Shown here in pieces: positions 1 through 11,020 of a stretch of DNA of 34,001 nt (the first letter of the stretch is position 1; each line of letters starts with the position of its first letter). Source of the DNA: Octopus bimaculoides (taxonomy: Eukaryota); assembly GCF_001194135.2 (NCBI RefSeq), contig NC_068994.1:48866919-48900919 (forward strand), in the 5' to 3' direction. A program made the translations under genes and the position numbers. Under the pieces are notes generated by a model. That model worked only from the letters and a program-made list of their open reading frames with translations, had not been told where the DNA came from and searched no databases.

Positions 1-35
<35 letters not shown>

Positions 36-48
36 TATACATATATAT
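1..48. repeat. (TA)n/(CA)n microsatellite, probably the internal microsatellite of the adjacent SINE
   Basis: Direct reading; abuts the end of the minus-strand SINE head at 49. Confidence 0.9.
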
Positions 49-205
49 GACAGGCTTCTTTCAGTTTCCGTCTACCAAATTCACTCACAAGGCTTTGGTT
101 GGCACGAGGCTATAGTAGAAGACACTTGCCCAAGGTGCCACACAGTGGGACTGAACCCAGAACCATGTGGTTGGTAAGCAAGCTTCTTACCACACAGCTA
201 CTCCT
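49..205 (-). mobile_element. tRNA-derived SINE, CORE-like family (family A), 5' half
   Basis: Reverse complement matches copies at 7303, 16929, 19764 and 26677: A-box-like TAGCTGTGTGG, B-box-like GGTTCAGTCCC, and CORE-like GGCACCTTGGGCAAGTGTCTT. The family name comes from recalled similarity to octopus OR-type SINEs. Confidence 0.85.
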
Positions 206-600
206 AATATTTTACATATTTTTCATATATAGCAAAAGTTGTTTCCAATGTTTGTTTACACAGTTTCTTGGTATTATGAAGGTGAATGGAATATGTGAAC
301 TTAGTACGCATCCACACACCTATACTCAAAGCACAAAACTGACAGAGCATCTGTGACTCATCAACTCAGTATTACCAGGCTTCAAGGACTCATTGACTCA
401 AATAGCTGGTTTTATGATTTCACTAGGTTAATTCTAGTATTTTTCAATTTTTAAACCTCTTTAACTTTTTCCTCCAATTTTTCTCTCCACATCATGCCTT
501 CATAGCAACAAGAGTAGAAAACTACATTAATATAGCCGATTTTCAGATATTTTCCTGTCTTTTAAAAAATGCAGATTTTGTGAATCAGTTTAACTAGATC

Positions 601-655
601 CCTTCAAGGTTGTGCCCCAGCATGGCCGCAGTCTAATAACTGAAACAAATAAGAT
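601..655 (+). mobile_element. Family A SINE 3' tail remnant
   Basis: GTGCCCCAGCATGGCCGCAGTC...ACTGAAACAAATAAGA matches the 3' ends of the copies at 7692, 17305 and 20143. Confidence 0.7.
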
Positions 656-1729
656 ATAGTATCTGCCTGTGGAGTTTTTCAAGTAAGGTGTATATTTTAT
701 TTCAGTGTATTTGCTCTCTTATCTTATGAACAACTTGTCTCTCTCTTTGCACCACTGTGTGTGGTGACCATCACTGCAGATAGATAATCTCCACCTACCA
801 TTTCACTATACTAAGGAATGATTAGTCATATATAAGTAGTGGTGATAAAAGAAAAAACAGCTGACTTCTGTGACTTCTAATGTAACCTCTTTCTCCTTCC
901 CTCTCCTTCTTAGACATGTGCTGTGTGTTTGTGTGTGTACATGTGCTCTATCAGGAACAGTACAGGGTGTGTATGGCATGGTTTTTATGTTAGGTCATGA
1001 AAAATATCTGGGTGTGATGTACTGAACACACTCAGTTTCTTGCTGGCATAAACACACACACACAGAGTTTTATACAGCAATCCATGTGATAGGAGCCTAA
1101 TTATAATGAATGTAACTCCTCTATAGTCTGCCAGCTGTTTTTATGGTAAATTTCTGGGCATTCCCATTTTTTTTGTTGTTGATTTGTATCACAGTGGGTT
1201 GTGGAGTTTACAGTTGTGGCAAATTTTCCTTTTCTTTCAATAACCAGCTGTACAAGTACCAATGGCCTGGGGGGGGGGGGGGGATGTTTTTTTCATTACT
1301 TTTAGTTTAAAATATCTTTTGTTCAAATCCAGTCTGGGATTGTACAGATATATGAATAAGAGGCTTAATAGCAGAAATTAAATCATTGAAACACAGTATA
1401 AATGCAAATTCTGTAAATATACACTCTAAAGATGAGGTCAGTAATTTCTTTATATTCATCTGAAAACAAAAAAGCATATCTTAAAAAGGTGGAAATGGTT
1501 TAAAGATATTAGTTTATAGTGGTCCTGTACATTTGAATTCAAATTGTATGCTATTAAATGCACGAATGTCACAGTTTATTGTTATAACCCTTTTAGGACC
1601 ATATTTCTTACAAAACGTAACTGCTTTTGAAAGTAATAAAGTATTTGGTTAGTTGCACATTACTCTGTAAGGAGCATAGGGCAGGATTCCTGTTTTCTCT
1701 GGACAGTCTGTCGTATGATTACTAATTGA

Positions 1730-1858
1730 TACCAGCTGAGTGGACTGGAGCAACATGAAATGAAGTGTTTTGCTGAAGAACACAATGCATCACCCAGCCC
1801 AGGAATCGAAACCACAATCTTATTTTCGTGAGTTCGATACCCTTGTCACTAAGCCACA
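1730..1858 (-). mobile_element. tRNA-derived SINE, third family (family C), degraded
   Basis: Minus strand reads TGTGGCTTAGTGACAAGGG (A-box-like), GGTTTCGATTCCTGG (B-box-like), then TTGCTCCAGTCCACTCAGCTGG. A related segment CTAGTCCACTCATCTGTAAA occurs near 19505. Confidence 0.6.
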
Positions 1859-3199
1859 AAATAAGTTCCATTTCTAAGATGGTGTTTCAGTGACTTAAAA
1901 AGAGATGCTTATATCAGAGAGTTCAAATTTTTAGAATATCTACAGCTGAAACTGGTATGCTTATTTCAGATAGTAAAAGTAGATCTTACTTTTAACCAGT
2001 TGGATTTGAACTTAGGCTTAGTTCCAAGTTGAATAGTTTCAAAATAGTTAAAACACTGCCACCAGTTAATAGAAGTGCTAAAAAATGGGACTATGGTTAG
2101 TATTTAGCTTTATCATCTTCATTCTGAGTTGACTGTTTACGATAATAATTCATCCTCTCTCTCTTTCTCTCTAATTATAATAACTGCCACAAAATAATGT
2201 GTTTTACTTAAGGCATTGATATTTCAGCATATAGATAAGAAAAGCCGCCATTTAATCTAATGTTAAAGAAAAATATAATTTATTCAGTATTTTTATTTAG
2301 CAAAAACTCTGCTCTTCAAATGGGGAAGAAACCAACAGTTATATGTCACACACAGACAGTACAGCAAAGCTGTGAGTAGGCTTCACTATTTAAATTATGC
2401 AATTAGCTGTTGATAGTCAAGAAGCACATGGTGATTGTTAATCTCTGGTTGCAGTAGCCTAATAAGTACTGCGTATTTAACATCTAGTTGCTGATGTTTC
2501 TAGCAAAAACCTCAATAGAAATCACATATTGTATATTTTGGCAGCTGTCAAGATGCCTTTTAATAGAAGAGGCAGCCATGTTCTTGTTTGTACTCTCTGA
2601 TGCATAAGTGCAACAAGTGGCTGGTACTTCCTTTGTAAAATTTGTTATATTTTGACACCTTCGATAGAGTACATTATGTAAGCTCTAAAACATTTGTTTG
2701 GTATTTCTAATCTCGCAGTTTGCCTGAGAGGTTCATTTTTTTCTTCTTTTTCTGGGTTTTTTTTTTAACATGTAGCTTTTCATAGACATCTCCCAAATGG
2801 GTAAGTGTATACGTTAGGAAGAATTGTTATTCATGAAAAAGTGGTTGAATCGCAGAGTCGTTAGATAAAATACCCTATAGTATTTGTTCCAGCACTAACA
2901 TATCCAAGAAAATGTCAGCATTGTCTTTCATTTTGTTTCTCATCCCTTTGAAATAGATTGGATTGATTAAATCTTCTCCACACACAATTGTGGCTTTGTG
3001 TGCATTGGAGAAATCATTTCTATTATTAGTCATCGAAAAGGGGTAAAGACCTAATGATAGAATTAAACTGAGCAACGATTAAACCTGCCCTCCAAGAGCA
3101 AATACATTCCATTGCAGGAATGGTAGGCGGGTGGGGGGGGGGACTCCAAAAGGGGACTCCAAAAGGGGTCTTCCTGAGTTAGTTTTCCACCACATTTCT

Positions 3200-3427
3200 T
3201 AAAAATCATGGTAGAGGCCTTGGTCTCGGGACCACTCATGTCTAGAAACTGTGGTTGGGGATAAGCAAGGGCATGCTCCCTGTAGAAAATCCAGCCCCCA
3301 AAAGGCCTCATGATAGCAAAGGAGAATGGGCACCTGCCTACCTCGGTTGCTATGGCATTGAGGCAGATCCGGCCACCCCTGTTAATGGGACAAAACCCAG
3401 ATTTGAAATACTGGATGATGATGATGC
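3200..3427 (+). mobile_element. Probable RTE-related non-autonomous retroposon remnant ending in a (GAT)n tail
   Basis: Ends in GGATGATGATGATG like the RTE LINE tail at 6841. AAGGGCATGCTCCCTGTAGAAA resembles AAGGGCATCCAGCTGCAGAAA at about 20305. Family assignment is an inference. Confidence 0.4.
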
Positions 3428-3510
3428 AACTTTGATTCAAATCTTGTGAGTGAAACCATGTGAAGCTATGAGAGGTGTTGTACAGTGTGATCACATCCAA
3501 CATTTTTATA

Positions 3511-3803
3511 TTTTACTTCTTTCAGTCAATAAGAGTGTGGCCATGCTGGGGTACTGCCTTGAAGAATTTTAGACAAATGAATTGACCCCAGTACTTCATT
3601 TTTAAAAACCTGGTACTTATTCTATCATCTCTTTTGCTGAACTGCTAGGTTACAGGGAGACAAACACACTAACACTGGTTATCAAGTGGTGGTGGGGGGA
3701 CAAACACAAAGACCCACCCACACAGCAGGCTTCTTTTGATTTCTGTCTACTAAATTCACTCACATGGCTTTGGTTGGCCTCTTACCACACAACCATGCCT
3801 GTA
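3511..3803 (-). mobile_element. Family A SINE, diverged, with an internal deletion in the head
   Basis: Tail (TTTTACTTCTTTCAGTCA...GGCCATGCTGG), body and the extreme 5' end (TCTTACCACACAACCATGCCTG) are recognisable; the B-box/CORE part is missing. Confidence 0.8.
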
Positions 3804-4170
3804 CTTATATGATTGCAGAGTAGAAGTCTTCACTACATGGCCATGTCTGTGGTTACTTAATCATGGGTTAAGTTTGTTAGTTGTTGATAGAAAATCGAAA
3901 TAACTCTACCAGCTTCCTCTGTTGCATTTTTAATATTCGGTGGGTGGGGGTGATTATGGAGTTTTTTTGCATTGATTTTTCTTTCCAGAAATCAAAAAGA
4001 ACATTTTCTTTTTGTTAGCATTTTGAAAATGGTGTATCTGGTGGCCCCCTTTCGGGGGTGGGGGATGGGGGTGGATTGTCAATTTTCTGATTGAGATTCT
4101 TGTACAGGTCCCACTCAAGTAGAATACTTTACAATGTTTTTCACACCCACCCACACACACACACTTTCTT

Positions 4171-4209
<39 letters not shown>

Positions 4210-4619
4210 CCCTCTCTCCGTCCCCCCCTCTCTCTTTCTCCAATCAATCAACTTGGAATTAAAACATGTCAAGTACTTTGTAAGACTTACATAGAAAGGT
4301 AGGTTAAAGATAGAGCTGACCTCCATAGCGGTGAATGGGTGAGTGTGGGAGGTCTCAAAATATCTTTTCAGTACCTGGGTGTGAGATGGAATGTGATGGG
4401 GAGGAGGGAGGAATGAATAGTGTTAGAAGCTGAGAGGAATATTATCCTCAACATGGTCTGAGAATGCCTGTGTCTGTGTGTGTGTTATAGACGTGTTTCA
4501 TGATGAGAAATTTGCTGTTAAAGGTACTTACAATTCCCAATTTGCTTGCTGGGAATAGACTTACCTGAAGAATGCTCTCAAGTTAGACAGTTAGAGGAGT
4601 TATGTGTATTATTTATCTT

Positions 4620-4832
4620 TCATCTTTTACTTATTTCAGTCATTCGATTGTGGCCATGCTGGTGCACTGTCTTGGAGAATTTTTTTTTTTAGTTGACTGA
4701 ATCAACCCCAGTATATATATATATATATATATATATTTAAGCTTGGTACTTATTCTATGAGGATCTTTTTGTTGAACATAGAGACATAAACACACCAACA
4801 TCCATTGTCAAAATGGTGGGGGACAAGCACCT

Positions 4833-4878
<46 letters not shown>

Positions 4879-4954
4879 CCAAAGACTTGTGAGTAGATTT
4901 GGTAGACAATAACTGAAAGAAGCCAAGAACCATGTGGTTGGGAAGCAAGCTTTT
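4620..4954 (-). mobile_element. Family A SINE, rearranged (internal segment 4877-4924 inverted)
   Basis: Tail and head pieces lie in minus orientation, while GACCAAAGACTTGTGAG...GAAAGAAGCC lies in plus orientation. Confidence 0.7.
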
Positions 4955-5571
4955 TATCCTAAGTCCAGTTCTTTCTTGCTTAGGTTGATTTTGCAGTACA
5001 TAGCTCTAGTAAAATAAATCTTAATAGTATACCAGTGTCATTTCAATTGGTTGTCCCTTCCCTCTAAATTGTCATCCTTTATTAATGTTAGCCATCATTA
5101 CTATAGTTACATAAGGAGGGGTTGTGGCAGAAATGGTAAATCACTAGACTAAGTTTCTTGTGAGATTCAGTTACATCCTTTTTAGTTTGATTTCCACCAA
5201 GGTTGACATTCTTTTCCTCCCTTCTTATGTAAATTTGGCCAAATCACTAACACTCATGCATTGTAGCTGTGTTCCATCCCTGTGTCTTATAAACCTCGTG
5301 GAAATTGGCTTTGTCTTTCATCTCTTTTAGGACAATCCAAATAATACTGATCATATATTAAAGTATATTCAATTGATTTTACCCTTCATATTTTTGGTCC
5401 TGTGCCTAAATTAGTTCCCATTATTATTGGTCTTTATGTTAGAAATTAATTAAAATCAGCAAAATGCTATACAAAATGCTTTGTGGTATTTAATTGTGTG
5501 CCTTTATATTCTAATTTCCAACTTTAAATTTTCATCCTTCTTTGTTCAATAAAAATATGTATTAGTCAACT

Positions 5572-5808
5572 AATAATAATAATAATAATAATAATAGTTT
5601 GAAATTTTGGCACAAGAACAGCAATTTCGGTGAGGGGGTTAAGTCAATTACATCAACTCCAGTGCTCGACTGGTACTTATCTTATCAACCCCGAAAGGAT
5701 GAAAGGTAAAGTCGACCTCAGCATAATTTGAACTTAGAATGTAAACACAGGCCAAACGCTGCTAAGCATTTTGCCTGGCGTGCTAACGATTCTGCTAGCA
5801 TGCTGCCT
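5572..5808 (-). mobile_element. tRNA-derived SINE, Meta-like family (family B), near full length with a trinucleotide (AAT)n flank
   Basis: Matches 22707-22828 and 33060-33192, with B-box-like AGTTCAAATT and central domain GTCGACTTTACCTTTCATCCTTTCGGGGTTGATAAGATAAGTACCAG. The MetaSINE-domain label is from memory. Confidence 0.85.
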
Positions 5809-6717
5809 TAAACTTTAATAATAATAACGATAACAGTAATGGTTTGTAAAATAGGCACAGTGTCACACATTTTTGGTTTGAGTGTATAACTCATTAAATT
5901 AAACTCAGTGCTTGAAGTCATTTGCAGAATGTAAAGAAATGTAACTGAACAGTGCATGGTATTTTGCCCACTACCCTACCACTACCAATTCTGCCAGTCC
6001 ACCACTCTTTAATAATGATAACGAGAAGAAATAATTTATTTTTAATTAGTTTAAAGACCCTATATTTTTGAGAGAAAATATTTCGTTTCTTTGAATTTTT
6101 TCTAGTCAATATGCTTAACAAGGTGAACTGTTGTAAACATGAGAAAAAAAAAATAATGCAAAAAAAAAAAACCTATGTAAATTACACAAAAAGAAACCAG
6201 CAAAATAAGATAAAATAAATAAAAAGGAACCAGTGAAATGCATAAAATAAGTGAATGAAAATAAAATGTGTTCAGCATGCTCAGATTATGCAAGTTGCAG
6301 CATAGATAATGCAAGTTATTTCAATAATAGTGCATTCAACTTATAATGGTTGCAATTTGTCTTTGCTCTCTCTTTTTTTTTTCATTTTCTTTATCTGATC
6401 GAAAATAGTTTTGAGATTCTTTTGTGAGCCTCCGTGCATATGTGAATGTGTGGGTGTGTATGTGTCTATTGGGTTTAAAAAAAAAAAAAAATCTTTTGTG
6501 TTTTTGTATTCCAACTCCCCAGTAAAAATTATGAAATTTTTTAAGATAAACACATATTGTTCTGCATGTGTGTGTGTTCACATGCATGCAAGCACATGCA
6601 TACAGGCACATGCATGTATGCACACACGTGTGTGTGTGTGTATGTATGCATGTATGTATGTATACATGAACTCTCACATATTACATTATACAGATCAACA
6701 CACACATACACTTAAGA

Positions 6718-6750
<33 letters not shown>

Positions 6751-6839
6751 ATTCCATGCACTTCAAGAAGTTCTGTGCATGTATACCTGTGTGTGTGTGT
6801 GTGTGTGTGTGTATGTAACAGTGTGTATGAGAATGTCTG

Positions 6840-6840
<1 letters not shown>

Positions 6841-6885
<45 letters not shown>

Positions 6886-7302
6886 AATATTCCATTTTCC
6901 CATTCTTGCCTGGGTTGACCGAGTGTCCTCAACACAGCATATGGTTTCTCGTTGCAGACCTTTGTTACTTCTTTTATGAGGTCACCACTTCTCCGTACAT
7001 CTTCATCAGTCTTCCTCTTTTGCATTTGGATTGCCAACTCTTCCTTTACCCAGCTGCCATGCTCCATATGCATCACATGTCCATATTACGCCTGATTTCT
7101 CTTATAACCCATTTTTCTTCTCTCAGTTCATTTCTGCACTGTCATTCCATACACAATAGCATTATGCATTCAGTGCAACCTGTTCACCTGATATCTTTCC
7201 ACTCTTTGTGCACTGCACTCTTTTATGTCTTTGTCTCATTACCATCCACTATCGCATTTTGTACACAAACAAGCATCATACATTCTGCTTTTCATTTGGA
7301 TA
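6841..7302 (-). mobile_element. RTE-clade LINE, 3' end with (GAT)n tail (pseudogenised)
   Basis: Minus-strand frames give KSRMYDAC, AIVDGNET, ELREEK and YGHVMHMEHGSWVK, matching the RTE post-RT C-terminal pattern (LYDACV..AML.GSETW; WYGHV.RM). The (CAT)n array at 6841-6883 is the tail. Confidence 0.75.
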
Positions 7303-7465
7303 GGTGCAGGAGTGGCTGTATGGTCAGAAGCTTGCTTCCCAACCACATGGTCCCGGTTTCAGCCCCACTGTGTGGCACCTTGGGCGAGTGTCTTCTACTA
7401 TAGCCTTGGGCCGAGCAAAGCCTTGTGAGTGGATTTGGTAGACGGAAACTGAAAGAAACCCGTCG

Positions 7466-7498
<33 letters not shown>

Positions 7499-7692
7499 GT
7501 GTCTGTGTTTGTGCCCCCACCATCGTTTGACAACCGATGTTGGTGTGTTTATGTCCCCATAACAGTGGTTCAGCAAAAGAGACTGATAGAATAAGTACTA
7601 GACATACAAAGAATAAGTCCTGGGGTTGATTTGTTTGACTAAAAGTGGTGCACCAGCATGGCTGCAGTCAAATAACTGAAACAAGTAAAAGA
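7303..7692 (+). mobile_element. Family A SINE, full length, nested between LINE fragments
   Basis: Head, CORE-like segment, internal (TA)n and tail ...ACTGAAACAAGTAAAAG are all present. Confidence 0.9.
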
Positions 7693-8361
7693 ACACCTGT
7701 CATTGAATATGACGTCCCAGTACTACTGTCTGATTTATTATGTTTGTCCAACTTTCCTGGATATTTTCAGCATCTTAGTGACTTTCTTTGATAGTACATC
7801 CGCTTTCTCTGTCTTGATACCATCAATTAAACTTACCACTGCACAGATGCCAACTTGAATAGCTTCTTTTGGATCTACATGGTGTAGCCTCCCTCTCTCT
7901 CTGCCACACATTCTCTACATTCAGCAACCTCTTGTAACATTTCCATTCCTGTCTCTTCTTGGTGTCAATGATGGCAAGCATATCACTCTCATTCTGTACA
8001 TCCCCCCCNNNNNNNNNNNNNNNNNNNNNNNNNNNNNNNNNNNNNNNNNNNNNNNNNNNNNNNNNNNNNNNNNNNNNNNNNNNNNNNNNNNNNNNNNNNN
8101 NNNNNNNNNNNNNNNNNNNNNNNNNNNNNNNNNNNNNNNNNNNNNNNNNNNNNNNNNNNNNNNNNNNNNNNNNNNNNNNNNNNNNNNNNNNNNNNNNNNN
8201 NNNNNNNNNNNNNNNNNNNNNNNNNNNNNNNNNNNNNNNNNNNNNNNNNNNNNNNNNNNNNNNNNNNNNNNNNNNNNNNNNNNNNNNNNNNNNNNNNNNN
8301 NNNNNNNNNNNNNNNNNNNNNNNNNNNNNNNNNNNNNNNNNNNNNNNNNNNNNNNNNNNNN

Positions 8362-8397
<36 letters not shown>

Positions 8398-8610
8398 TCT
8401 CTCATTGTAGAACTTTGGCAAACCTCTAACTTAGAGCTTCTTCCAATGCTACATATTAGCTGATGACTAACTTCTTTTCTAACTACCTGATATTGTTTCA
8501 AGCTCTTCGCTTTCTTTCAATCTTTCCGGGCCTATTCTGTTTTAGCTTTTGTGGTTCTGTCTACTCTACCAATCCTCCCTATGTCACTTTCTGCTTGGTA
8601 TCCATGTAAA
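7693..8610 (-). mobile_element. RTE-clade LINE, linker/pre-RT region (pseudogenised; interrupted by N gap 8009-8361 and a (CT)n tract)
   Basis: Frameshifted minus-strand peptides YQVVRKEVSHQL, YKRLLNVENVW, IKTEKADVLSKKVTKMLKISRKVG and IINQTV..GVIFND match the RTE ORF region just upstream of RT (K.GKA.G.SG...EMLK; NQV..EG.IP.DW). Confidence 0.7.
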
Positions 8611-9139
8611 GTGTATATATGTGTATGTATTTATACACACCCATTCTCACAGATGGATATACTATAAATGTGAATGAAATATATCAGAGTGAATGCTAGC
8701 GAAATGTGTGCATGCGCAAATGCATGTGCATCACACACACACACACACACGTTTACGTACACAGGTATTGATTGACTAAGTGGTCATACTATCTCTATAC
8801 TGAAGATCAATAAACTTCCATTGCTGCTTCTGCTGCTACTGTGACTAGAACCATCGACTGCTGATTGATCAATTATTTACAACCCCCCTCACTGCATTAT
8901 TCTTCTCTTTTTCCATTGCTTCTCACCCACTGAAAAAAAGAAAAGAAGGAAAAAAAAAAAAGAAATGCAATTAGATGGTGAAGAAGCAATGTTTGTAAAG
9001 AAACTTCAGTCTTCTCCAGGCTGTATATCTCCTGAACAACTTTCTACATATCTGCCATAGTATGAGTAGCTGATGGCTGTTTCCCTCGATCTTTTGTAGT
9101 TTTATTTCTTGCTGTATTAGTATATTCTATCTACCTCTG

Positions 9140-9600
9140 TCTTGAGTGATGTGGTGGTGTTAGTGTAAGTTATATATTGATGGCGGTGTTAGCGGTGGTT
9201 GTTTATTAGTAGCAGTGGTATCGGTACTACTAGTAGTAGTAGTAGTAGTAGTAGTAGTATTAATAGTCATGGTGGATGTGCTATTTGTAGTGAAGTGATG
9301 GGAGCATCAATTGCAAAAGCGGGGTATTTATGTTGGTGGTGGTGGTGGATGTTGTATTGTTGGTACTGATAATAATGTTATTAGTAGTATTAGAGGTGGT
9401 GTTGGTGACAGTACTGTCAGAAGGTGGTATGACTGGTATTGGTGGTGGTGGTGGTGGTGGTGATAATGTTTGACTCTGTTGTGAAGGCAAAGGTTCTATT
9501 GATTGTGATGGTAATGGATGAGGTTGTGTTGTGGGTAATAGTGGTAATGGTTGTAGTGTGGCGGAATGGTGGCTGTGGTGGTGGCTGTGAACTAAGTTCT
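9140..9600. repeat. Degenerate trinucleotide low-complexity tract (GGT/AGT/TGT)
   Basis: Direct reading; similar tracts at about 11040-11400, 18150-18560, 18830-19020 and 21600-22140. Confidence 0.75.
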
Positions 9601-9728
9601 GAAGAACTTTCCCAGGCTGCATGTTACTCTTTAAGTACCAATTTTTCTACCTACCTAACCATGAAAATGTGAAAAATTGATTCTGGCTTTTTTAATTTTA
9701 GTTTAATGCCTCCTGACCAATTTACACT

Positions 9729-9905
9729 CCCCTCTCTCTCTGATGTATAATGGACTGGGTTGGAAGTGTGGTGGTCATGACTGTAGATGTTTAGTCAACT
9801 CTGAACAGATCTGAACAGATTAACCCTTTAGCATTTAGGTTACTCTGTCAAATGTAATGCTTATTTATTCACATCGTTTTCAACTAATCTAGCTGGGTTA
9901 GCAAC
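9729..9905 (+). repeat. 177-bp exact duplicate, copy 1 (abuts N gap 9906-10666)
   Basis: Identical by eye to 10844-11020 (offset 1115). Contains a TTAA-CCCTTTAGCATT MITE 5' fragment. Confidence 0.9.
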
Positions 9906-10746
9906 NNNNNNNNNNNNNNNNNNNNNNNNNNNNNNNNNNNNNNNNNNNNNNNNNNNNNNNNNNNNNNNNNNNNNNNNNNNNNNNNNNNNNNNNNNNNNNN
10001 NNNNNNNNNNNNNNNNNNNNNNNNNNNNNNNNNNNNNNNNNNNNNNNNNNNNNNNNNNNNNNNNNNNNNNNNNNNNNNNNNNNNNNNNNNNNNNNNNNNN
10101 NNNNNNNNNNNNNNNNNNNNNNNNNNNNNNNNNNNNNNNNNNNNNNNNNNNNNNNNNNNNNNNNNNNNNNNNNNNNNNNNNNNNNNNNNNNNNNNNNNNN
10201 NNNNNNNNNNNNNNNNNNNNNNNNNNNNNNNNNNNNNNNNNNNNNNNNNNNNNNNNNNNNNNNNNNNNNNNNNNNNNNNNNNNNNNNNNNNNNNNNNNNN
10301 NNNNNNNNNNNNNNNNNNNNNNNNNNNNNNNNNNNNNNNNNNNNNNNNNNNNNNNNNNNNNNNNNNNNNNNNNNNNNNNNNNNNNNNNNNNNNNNNNNNN
10401 NNNNNNNNNNNNNNNNNNNNNNNNNNNNNNNNNNNNNNNNNNNNNNNNNNNNNNNNNNNNNNNNNNNNNNNNNNNNNNNNNNNNNNNNNNNNNNNNNNNN
10501 NNNNNNNNNNNNNNNNNNNNNNNNNNNNNNNNNNNNNNNNNNNNNNNNNNNNNNNNNNNNNNNNNNNNNNNNNNNNNNNNNNNNNNNNNNNNNNNNNNNN
10601 NNNNNNNNNNNNNNNNNNNNNNNNNNNNNNNNNNNNNNNNNNNNNNNNNNNNNNNNNNNNNNNNNNTCTCCGCTCCCCCCTCTCTATCTCTCTCTCTCTC
10701 CTCTTCGCTCTCTCTCTCCCCTCTCCGCTCTCTCTTCTCTCTCTGT

Positions 10747-10778
<32 letters not shown>

Positions 10779-10843
10779 CTCTCTCCCCTCTCTGCGTTCT
10801 CTTCCCCTCTCTGCCCTCTCTCCCCTCTCCGCTCTCTCTTTCC

Positions 10844-11020
10844 CCCCTCTCTCTCTGATGTATAATGGACTGGGTTGGAAGTGTGGTGGTCATGACTGTA
10901 GATGTTTAGTCAACTCTGAACAGATCTGAACAGATTAACCCTTTAGCATTTAGGTTACTCTGTCAAATGTAATGCTTATTTATTCACATCGTTTTCAACT
11001 AATCTAGCTGGGTTAGCAAC
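10844..11020 (+). repeat. 177-bp exact duplicate, copy 2
   Basis: Identical by eye to 9729-9905; preceded by an imperfect (CT)n tract at 10667-10855. Confidence 0.9.

Noticed and set aside
99-356. ORF MARGYSRRHLPK... and similar ORFs at 7292-7576, 19595-19864 and 19711-20154
   Set aside because: They are translations of family A SINE sequence, not genes.
2875-3503. ORFs 2875-3075, 3063-3503 and 3255-3449
   Set aside because: They overlap a decayed family B-like SINE and a (GAT)n-tailed repeat; no domain or splice support.
7303-7385. tRNA genes at SINE heads
   Set aside because: A/B-box-like motifs are present but no cloverleaf forms, and they run on into the SINE body.
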